Shown: in pieces, positions 27,046 through 33,451 of the stretch
Position numbering within the stretch: position 1 is the stretch's first letter
How the letters are laid out: each line of letters opens with the position of its first letter
Source: Actinomycetota bacterium
GTDB lineage: Bacteria > Actinomycetota > Acidimicrobiia > Spongiisociales > ZC4RG35
Length of the DNA: 33,451 bases
Assembly (NCBI GenBank): GCA_032154885.1
Contig: JALDXP010000001.1
Span: 1 to 33,451, forward strand
Direction of reading: 5' to 3'
Position numbers and translations under genes: made by a program
The notes under the pieces: generated by a model
The model's database searches: none
Seen by the model: the letters and a program-made list of their open reading frames with translations, nothing else
What the model was told of the DNA's origin: nothing

Positions 27046-28119
27046 ATGGAAGGCACGACAGCGCGGGCCATGATGCTCGTTGAGCCCCGTCACTTCTCGC
27101 TCACCGAGTTGCCGGCCAGACCTGGCCTCGACGGAGGATGGCTTGCAGTCGAGGCCACCGGGATCTCCGGGGCAGACGTGCAAGTGTGGAAGGGCGAGGC
27201 CAAGGACGTCGTATACCCGTTGATACCCGGGCACGAGGTCGTAGGGAGGATCGCCCGGGGTGGGCCTTCCATACCGTTCCCCGTGGGGACCCGGGTCGTC
27301 GTCGAGCCCAGGATCCATTGCGGGGAGTGCCATCGTTGCAAGCTCAACCTGGCGACCTGTGTTCGCCGCCGACCTTCCAACTCCTATGGCTTCATCCCCT
27401 CGATCGAGCCTCCTGGCCTTTGGGGTGGTCTCGCCGAGTTCCTCTATATCGACCCGGCAGCCCGGCTGCACCCCCTCACCGACGATGTCCCCGCCGAAGT
27501 CGGGACCTTTGTCCATCCTCTGGCAGCGGGCCATACCTGGGCGGTGGAGCTGCCCAATCTCCAGAACGGTGAGAACGTCCTCATCCTCGGCCCCGGCCCC
27601 CGAGGGCTGGCCTGCCTCATTGCCGCAAAGGCGGCCGGCGCGGGGTGGGTGGGTGTTACCGGCCTGTCCCACGATCGTGACCGGCTCGAGCTGGCCAAGC
27701 GCCTCGGTGCGGACCTGGCCATTGACGCTGAGAAGGAAGACGTGGGGGGCGCCATCGCCGAGGCGATCGGGCGGAGGCCGGACATCGTCGTGGACGTCAC
27801 CTCCGACGACCCGGAGGCACTCTTCACCGCACTCGACCTGGTGCGCAGCGGCGGTCGGGTCATATTGGCTTCCACCAAGGGCAATCGGGCCTTCCATTTC
27901 ATCAGTGACGTTCTCGTGGCCAAGCAACTCACGATCAGAGGCGCCATGGGGGCCTCGACGGTCGGGTACCAGTGGGCATCTCGCCAGATCGACACCGATC
28001 CCCGAATCGATGATCTCGTCTCCCATCAGTTCCCGCTGTCCGAGTCGTCCCGCGCGCTTCAGGCAGCCGCCGGGTTGCTCGGGCGTGAGGAGCTGATATC
28101 AGTGGCCGTCACGTTTTGA
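27046..28119 (+). CDS. zinc-dependent alcohol dehydrogenase family (MDR) oxidoreductase
   Basis: Motifs are the catalytic Zn site GHEVVGRI, the structural Zn site CGECHRCK and a Rossmann-fold LILGPGPRGL segment. Confidence 0.9.
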   Translation: MEGTTARAMMLVEPRHFSLTELPARPGLDGGWLAVEATGISGADVQVWKGEAKDVVYPLIPGHEVVGRIARGGPSIPFPVGTRVVVEPRIHCGECHRCKLNLATCVRRRPSNSYGFIPSIEPPGLWGGLAEFLYIDPAARLHPLTDDVPAEVGTFVHPLAAGHTWAVELPNLQNGENVLILGPGPRGLACLIAAKAAGAGWVGVTGLSHDRDRLELAKRLGADLAIDAEKEDVGGAIAEAIGRRPDIVVDVTSDDPEALFTALDLVRSGGRVILASTKGNRAFHFISDVLVAKQLTIRGAMGASTVGYQWASRQIDTDPRIDDLVSHQFPLSESSRALQAAAGLLGREELISVAVTF

Positions 28120-28155
28120 AATGACCCGCTGAAATGACCCGCTGAAATGACCGGT
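28117..28155 (+). repeat. 13-nt direct repeat x3 (tgaaatgacccgc) spanning the ADH stop and the MFS start
   Basis: 28117-28129 and 28130-28142 are identical, and 28143-28155 matches at 11 of 13 positions. The first TGA is the ADH stop and the third ATG (28147) is the MFS start. Confidence 0.9.
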
Positions 28156-29427
28156 CGCGGGGAGGCCCCGGGCCGGTTGTCAGTTTGGTCCTGGGTCTTG
28201 TACGACCTGGCCAACACCATCTTCGCCCTGGGTGTCATCGGGCGCTACTTCCCGGAGTGGCTCATCTCTGTCGGCGAGCCAGACAGTGCGCTCGCCCTGG
28301 TCGAGGCCGGTGCCGGGGCATTGGTGATATTCCTGGCACCGTGGGCCGGGGCAAGGAGCGACGTTCGAGGCACCAGGGTGCCGACCCTGGCGCTGACAAC
28401 CATCGTCTGTGTCGCCGCTACCGCCCTGCTCGCGTCGGGCCCTGCCAGCCTCTCGCTCGCCCTCCTTGGCCTGGCCCTCGTCGCGTTCAATGTCGGCGCG
28501 GTCGTCTACGACGCCCTCCTCGTCGATGTCAGCACACCCGCCAACCGGGGCCGCATCTCCGGGCTGGGGGTCGGCGTCGGCTATGTCGGCTCGTTCATCG
28601 GCCTCGGTATCGGCGTAATCACACTCGACGTGCTCGGCTGGTCGTACGCCGCCACGTTCCTGATGCTCGCCCTGGCTTTCCTGGTCCTCGCACTACCCGC
28701 GTTCTTCTTCATCGAGGAACGGGGCGGTCACGACGACTCACCTCTGCCAGCCATACGGGATATCGGGAGAAGGTTGGTTGCCTCTTGGCGGCTGGCCGGC
28801 ACCTACGACGGCGTGGTCCGATTCCTCGTCGGGCGGTTCCTCTACACCGACGCCATCAACACCCTCATCGGCGGCTTTCTCACCATTTTCGTCATCCAGG
28901 AGTTGGGACTCGACGCCCGGTCCACGACCAGGTTGCTCGGTGTCGCCATCGCAGCCGCCATCATCGGTGCGTTCGCAGCCGGTGGTTTGGTGGAGAGATT
29001 CGGGCCGATCCGCGTGCTGCGCGCCGTGCTCGTGTTGTGGATGGCAGCCATCGGCGCCGGAATCGCCGCCGCGGTCACCGGCGAGACCGGCCTGGCCTGG
29101 GCGATCGGGCTGCTGGGAGGCATTGCTCTGGGGGCGACCTGGACCGCAGATCGCGTGGTCATGACCCGGGTCTCACCACCACGTCACCTCGGTGAGTTCT
29201 ATGGGCTTTACGCAACCGTGGGTCGATTCGCCACCATTCTCGGACCGTTGACATGGGCGTTGATCGTGGACGTGATCGGGCTCGGGCGTCGCGTCGCGAT
29301 GGGTGCCCTGATCGTCTTCATCGGCATCGGCTGGTGGGTGTTGCGACGGGTCGACGACACGGAACGGGATTGGACCACGGCCGACCTGCCGATCGTCAAT
29401 ACAGCCCCTGACGTTCCCCTGATATGA
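28147..29427 (+). CDS. MFS transporter, UMF1/Atg22-like family (paralog of 19111..20457)
   Basis: The N-terminal signature is SVWSWVLYDLANTIFALGVIGRYFPEWL. It is a 426-aa polytopic protein. Confidence 0.85.
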   Translation: MTGRGEAPGRLSVWSWVLYDLANTIFALGVIGRYFPEWLISVGEPDSALALVEAGAGALVIFLAPWAGARSDVRGTRVPTLALTTIVCVAATALLASGPASLSLALLGLALVAFNVGAVVYDALLVDVSTPANRGRISGLGVGVGYVGSFIGLGIGVITLDVLGWSYAATFLMLALAFLVLALPAFFFIEERGGHDDSPLPAIRDIGRRLVASWRLAGTYDGVVRFLVGRFLYTDAINTLIGGFLTIFVIQELGLDARSTTRLLGVAIAAAIIGAFAAGGLVERFGPIRVLRAVLVLWMAAIGAGIAAAVTGETGLAWAIGLLGGIALGATWTADRVVMTRVSPPRHLGEFYGLYATVGRFATILGPLTWALIVDVIGLGRRVAMGALIVFIGIGWWVLRRVDDTERDWTTADLPIVNTAPDVPLI

Positions 29428-30388
29428 GGTGGTGCTCCACGGCGTAGGGGATGGGCAGATCCCTGGTCTCGTTGGGCCCTCGCACCAATCTCCTTCCGAT
29501 CTCGGCGAACCACGTGTCGTTGGCGAACGCCCATGGCCAGGCACGAATCCCCACCCGGGCCCCGACTATCCCGCCCACCATGGCGGCCAGCGGGCTACCA
29601 GCGAGCCTCGCCGCCTGCTCGACCGGGAGATGCGAGCGGTCCACGACCGGAGCCGAGAGGAGCAGACCTGCCCTGACCAGGTCCCAAGGAGAAGGATCAC
29701 CTCGATCGTCGATGACTGCCAGCGCCTCGTCTCCGTCGATCACACCGACGTGGCCGGCAATCCGCCGCAATCCTTCGACCAGGTCACCGGGTTCTGCGCC
29801 CGAAACAGGATCGGGCTCCAGGGTGGCCGCAGCCGGCTCGGCTATCTCGACGATTCCGGTGATGAGATCGCGGCCCGACTGTCCGAAACAGGAGGCTGCA
29901 GCGGCTCCGGCCGCCACAACACCGCTCAAGATCGACTGCGGATCGTCGTGGAACAGCCTGCCCAGCGCGAGGGCCTGGTCACGGAGACGATCCGGATGGC
30001 GCCGATGCTTGACGCCGAGCGGGACCGCTCGGGGCGCGGCATCCAGAGACGGATCCTCCTCGGGCACCGGCCGTCCGGCGGCGGCCCGGTCGAGCCATGC
30101 CCGGAATTGAGGGCTCTCGGCCCGATAAACCGGCTCTTCCTCGTCCGACCCGTCGAGCTCTCGCAGCGCGGTGACCACAGCATCGAGATCCAGCGTGTCA
30201 CTCTCGATCAGTTGATAGGCGATCACGGTCGCCTGCTCGGTGATTGCGCTGTACCCCAACTCCCAAAGCCCTCCGGCGGTGTCGCCGGCGGCAAGCCCCA
30301 GCATTGCCCCATCACCCTCGCCCGACACCAGCGAAAACCTCGGTCTCGAGTCCGTCACGGTGCGGGAGGGTAACGAACGCAAGACCAT
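29396..30388 (-). CDS. ADP-ribosylglycohydrolase-family protein (divergent)
   Basis: The N-terminal GAMLGLAAGDTAGG matches the ARH GxxxGxxxGDAxG motif. The C-terminal GSPLAAMVGGIVGARVG aligns with the usual GGDTDTxAAIxGxxxGA block. The start is uncertain, with an alternative at Met29. Confidence 0.72.
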   Translation of the reverse strand: MVLRSLPSRTVTDSRPRFSLVSGEGDGAMLGLAAGDTAGGLWELGYSAITEQATVIAYQLIESDTLDLDAVVTALRELDGSDEEEPVYRAESPQFRAWLDRAAAGRPVPEEDPSLDAAPRAVPLGVKHRRHPDRLRDQALALGRLFHDDPQSILSGVVAAGAAAASCFGQSGRDLITGIVEIAEPAAATLEPDPVSGAEPGDLVEGLRRIAGHVGVIDGDEALAVIDDRGDPSPWDLVRAGLLLSAPVVDRSHLPVEQAARLAGSPLAAMVGGIVGARVGIRAWPWAFANDTWFAEIGRRLVRGPNETRDLPIPYAVEHHLISGERQGLY

Positions 30389-30409
30389 CGGTTGTAGGCT
30401 CCCTCGTCA

Positions 30410-31348
30410 ATGGACCGCATCGTGGTCGTGGCCAATCCCTCGGCGTCGCAATTCACCGGCGGCGCCCATCGGACAGTGATGTCGGCACTTGGACGGGTCG
30501 CGGAAGTCGAGTCCGTTTGGCCCGAGACCCCGGCCGACGCCGAGATAAAGACGGCACAGGCTGTCGAGAACGGTGCCCGCGTCGTCGTGGCGATGGGCGG
30601 GGATGGCATCGTCCACCATGTTGCGCAAGGCCTGGTCGAGACCGATGCCGCCCTCGGCATCATCCCCGTCGGGACGACGAATGTATTAGCCCGGTTGCTG
30701 GGAGTCCCGACCAAACCGGTCAAGGCAGCCCGTCTGATCGTCGACGGCGACGAGCCGCCCCTGACGATGGGGACGGCACGGATGATCCTGACCCGGGGCT
30801 CGGTCGAGACCACGCACCACGCCGTCTTTGCCTGTGGTTTCGGGCTGGATGCCGCCGTCGTGCTCGAGGCGGAGAAGGATCCGTACCGGAAGTATCGATT
30901 CGGATCGCTCCACTATGCGCGCACGACCCTGGGCGTCGCCTTCAAGGATTTCCCGCGCAGGAAGCCTCACGTTCGGGTGACGCACGGCGACGACGAGGAC
31001 CTGGGCATCGCCGCCCTCCTGCAGTTCCGCCAGGTCTATACCTACTTTGGGGCTATCCCGCTTCGGGTGTCGCCGGAGCGACCCGACCCCATGACCCTGC
31101 TCTTCATCAGCCGGCTGCGACGTCGCCGCATCCCGGGCATCGTCACCAAGCTGCTGCGCAACGCTGAGCTCGACACAGTCCCCGAGATGGAAGTCGTCTC
31201 CCATGTCAAGCGGATCGAGGTCACCGCCGACCCACCGGTGGCCGTCCAGGCCGACGGTGAGTCTCTGGGCCTCGTCGATGGCGGGCTGGTGGAATGGGTC
31301 CCGGGCTCGCTCCGGGTCGTGGCCGGGCCGAGACCCCTAGACGACTGA
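30410..31348 (+). CDS. diacylglycerol-kinase-family lipid kinase (YegS/BmrU-like)
   Basis: MDRIVVVANPSASQ, VVVAMGGDGIVHHVAQGL and LGIIPVGTTNVLAR are DAGK catalytic-domain motifs. Confidence 0.88.
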   Translation: MDRIVVVANPSASQFTGGAHRTVMSALGRVAEVESVWPETPADAEIKTAQAVENGARVVVAMGGDGIVHHVAQGLVETDAALGIIPVGTTNVLARLLGVPTKPVKAARLIVDGDEPPLTMGTARMILTRGSVETTHHAVFACGFGLDAAVVLEAEKDPYRKYRFGSLHYARTTLGVAFKDFPRRKPHVRVTHGDDEDLGIAALLQFRQVYTYFGAIPLRVSPERPDPMTLLFISRLRRRRIPGIVTKLLRNAELDTVPEMEVVSHVKRIEVTADPPVAVQADGESLGLVDGGLVEWVPGSLRVVAGPRPLDD

Positions 31349-31352
31349 GATT

Positions 31353-31396
31353 TCTCCACCTGAGGGGCGAGTACGCCGATGGGCGGGGAGAGGGGA
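31353..31396 (-). repeat. REP-like bipartite-hairpin element, diverged copy C
   Basis: The sequence tctccacctgaggggcgagtacgccgatgggcggggagagggga aligns block by block with copy B (tctcc..agggg..gagtac-10 nt-ggggag.gggga). It fills the convergent gap between the lipid kinase stop (31348) and the MscS stop (31398). Confidence 0.6.
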
Positions 31397-31397
31397 A

Positions 31398-32174
31398 TCA
31401 GAGGATTTCGATGTCCTCGTCGGCGAAACGGTTCTTCAACCGGCGCAAGGCCTCCCGCTGCACGGACCAGCGTTGCTCGGCCACCGTGGTGAGCCGGGCC
31501 CGGATCAGCACGCCGGAACCCACCAAGTCCTGCACTCCGAGCATCTGCGGCTCCTTTGTGATCATGTCCGACCAGTCGGGATCGGCAGACATGCGCGCCA
31601 ACTCGTCGAGCATCACCTCCATTGCCCGGTCGACGTCCGCCTGGTAGCCCACCCTCAGATCGATAGACGGCGATGCGTAGAGACTGGTGAGGTTGGATGA
31701 GACCGTGATCTGTCCGTTCGGGACGTAATGGACATTGCCCTCGCCGTCACGAAGCACGGTCACGCGGAACTGGATGTCCTCGACCTTGCCGGTGGTGGCA
31801 GCGATCGTCACTGTGTCTCCGATGCGGTATTGGTCCTCGGCGAGGATGAAGAAGCCGGCGATCACGTCCCTGACCAGGTTCTGAGCGCCGAACCCGAGTG
31901 CGGCGGCGATAGCCGTGCTCACAGCAAGGAACGGGGCCATGTTCAGACCCCATATGTCCACCACCATGAGGATGACCAGGACGACGATCACGATGAGGAT
32001 CACCCGCCTCACCATCACCCACAGAGTTGCCACGCGCGCAGCCGATCCAGGGGTCCGCTGCCGTACCCGCTCGACGAATCTGGCGCCGGCGGCGGCCAGG
32101 ATCAGATAGAGGACGACTCCCGATACGACCACGATCGCGGTGACCAGCGGGGGGTTCGCAGCGGTCGCGTTCAT
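31398..32174 (-). CDS. small-conductance mechanosensitive channel (MscS family)
   Basis: TM helices are followed by the MscS beta-domain motif IGDTVTIAATTGKVEDIQFRVTVLRDGEGNVHYVPNGQI. Confidence 0.88.
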   Translation of the reverse strand: MNATAANPPLVTAIVVVSGVVLYLILAAAGARFVERVRQRTPGSAARVATLWVMVRRVILIVIVVLVILMVVDIWGLNMAPFLAVSTAIAAALGFGAQNLVRDVIAGFFILAEDQYRIGDTVTIAATTGKVEDIQFRVTVLRDGEGNVHYVPNGQITVSSNLTSLYASPSIDLRVGYQADVDRAMEVMLDELARMSADPDWSDMITKEPQMLGVQDLVGSGVLIRARLTTVAEQRWSVQREALRRLKNRFADEDIEIL

Positions 32175-32189
32175 CCCGGGCGAGGCTAG

Positions 32190-33410
32190 TTAGCCAGTCC
32201 TCCGCTCCAGATCTCCCAGCGCCAATGCGAGATCGGTGATCGCGGCATGGGCCCGGCCTCTCTGCACCAGGAGGTCACGGATAGGCCCTCCAACCTCCAG
32301 GTCGACCTTGGCAAACAGGTCCTCGCGGTCCATTCCCCCGCCCTCGAGATTGTCACTTCGTATGCGTCTCAGCCATGACCTGCCGGGTCCGGTGGTCGAG
32401 GCCTGGGAGGCGACACACCTCAGGAAGGCGGCATGGGTTTCGATCGCGAGATCCTGCAGACGGTGTTCGGTCTCACCTCCCATCTCGGTAGCGAGATGGG
32501 ACACATACTCCGCGAGATCGTGCCCGCCGCCTGCCGCCCTACCGGCGATTGCAAGGTCGCACGCGGATCCCACCTGGTCGGCCCATTGACTCTCGAAATC
32601 GACGGCATGGGCCGTCGAAGACGACGTCACCAAACGGGACGAGGCACTGGCGAGGTCGGCAAGCGCCTTGCGACTCACGGCCAGGCGACGATCCCGCGCC
32701 GCCTCCAGCGCGTCGATCAGCAGATCCACCCCATAAGGGGGCCCTGCCACCGGGCTCGCCGCCGTGGCTACGACCTCTGGCTCGAGGATCCCATCCTCGC
32801 GCAAAGCCTTGCCGAGATCTCCGACGACCACCTCCACGTCCTCAGGGTCCAGACGGTCGACCTGGTTCAGGACGAAGACGAACTGCTCCTGGTAGCCAGA
32901 CATCTCTGAGATGTATTGGTGATGGAGCACTGCGTCCCGGTACTTCTCGGGGTCGGTGACCCACGCCACCATGTCGACCCGGGGGAGCAGGGCATCGACC
33001 CGATGGCGATGATCCAATTCAACGCTGTCGTTGTCCGGTAGATCTATCAGGCACAGCCAGGATGGGCCATCGTGCTCGACACGGTCGGAGATCCCGAGCT
33101 CGTCCAGAAACCCATCTAGTGCCTCCGCTCCGTCGGCAGGTACCAGTGCCAGTGGTTCGGATGTCATCGGGCGGATGCCACCGGTCAGCGCAACTTCTTC
33201 GCCGGCGATCGCGTTTGCGAGACTCGACTTGCCTGATCCGGTGCCGCCCGCGAGTGCGACCACCACGATGGAGTCGGGATATGCCAACCTCACCCTCGTG
33301 GCGCGGGCAAGAGCCGCCACCGATTCCACTTCGGTTCGATCTAGAGCCCCGACCGACTCCGCCACAGCCGTGTCGACCTTGTCGAGAAGGCCAACAAGCG
33401 CATCATGCAT
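32190..33410 (-). CDS. P-loop GTPase (dynamin-like / YfjP-type)
   Basis: Motifs are G1 LAGGTGSGKSSLANAI, G3-like LIDLPD and G4-like LNQVD, followed by a long helical C-terminal region. An upstream reading frame at the window edge ends in a TGA that overlaps this gene's start (ATGCATGA). Confidence 0.78.
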   Translation of the reverse strand: MHDALVGLLDKVDTAVAESVGALDRTEVESVAALARATRVRLAYPDSIVVVALAGGTGSGKSSLANAIAGEEVALTGGIRPMTSEPLALVPADGAEALDGFLDELGISDRVEHDGPSWLCLIDLPDNDSVELDHRHRVDALLPRVDMVAWVTDPEKYRDAVLHHQYISEMSGYQEQFVFVLNQVDRLDPEDVEVVVGDLGKALREDGILEPEVVATAASPVAGPPYGVDLLIDALEAARDRRLAVSRKALADLASASSRLVTSSSTAHAVDFESQWADQVGSACDLAIAGRAAGGGHDLAEYVSHLATEMGGETEHRLQDLAIETHAAFLRCVASQASTTGPGRSWLRRIRSDNLEGGGMDREDLFAKVDLEVGGPIRDLLVQRGRAHAAITDLALALGDLERRTG

Positions 33411-33451
33411 TGGCGAAAGACGACCTCGCGATCACTGCCCACCGCGATGCC

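Noticed and set aside
27031-28026. 331-aa ORF (-) opposite the Zn-ADH, plus the 278-aa alternate-frame ORF 27260..28096
   Set aside because: The plus-strand frame carries GHEVVGRI and CGECHRCK zinc motifs. The others are low-complexity shadow ORFs.
29429-30373. 314-aa ORF (+) opposite the ARH homolog, plus the 307-aa Arg-rich ORF 30244..31167
   Set aside because: Neither has recognisable motifs, and both are Arg/Pro/Gly-rich. The minus strand (ARH) and the 30410..31348 frame (DAG-kinase motifs) explain the region.
1-33451. Search for tRNA/rRNA genes, IS elements, integrases or prophage genes
   Set aside because: The intergenic spacers are all 165 nt or shorter, and none shows a tRNA-like cloverleaf. 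No ORF shows transposase, integrase or phage structural motifs. The window looks like core chromosome, apart from the small repeat elements and the DUF559 remnant.

Overview
GC-rich, tightly packed chromosomal segment with strong third-position GC bias, so long spurious antisense ORFs are common. It looks Actinomycetota-like. I support about 31 protein-coding genes and found no rRNA, tRNA, CRISPR array, transposase or integrase. Most of the content is housekeeping, transport or envelope-related. This includes gcvP behind a glycine riboswitch, ychF, gpsA, an aspartate aminotransferase, a Zn-ADH, a HIT protein, a PQQ sugar dehydrogenase, MscS, a DAG-kinase-like lipid kinase, three DMT/EamA-type and three MFS transporters (two of them UMF1/Atg22-like paralogs), and a secreted SNase-LTD lipoprotein. 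The most interesting block is a minus-strand four-gene cluster, herA-like ATPase, sbcD/mre11, sbcC/rad50 and nurA-like nuclease (7560-13714). It reproduces the gene order of the archaeal DNA-end-resection operon. Its HerA-like ATPase has a non-canonical P-loop, and its nurA is set apart by repeat elements. The second notable signal is a family of about 45-50 nt bipartite-hairpin (REP-like) intergenic elements with six copies. One pair of copies is nearly identical and inverted, and there is one 2 x 50 nt tandem. Inverted copies bracket both nurA and a frameshifted DUF559 pseudogene. Other points are a 13-nt triple repeat forming a stop-start relay at the ADH/MFS junction, a mannosylglycerate-synthase-like GT, an operon of small membrane peptide, kinase-like/methyltransferase fusion and sulfatase, and an ADP-ribosylglycohydrolase homolog lacking its C-terminal acidic motif. 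All functional calls come from motif recognition by eye, since no database search was possible.
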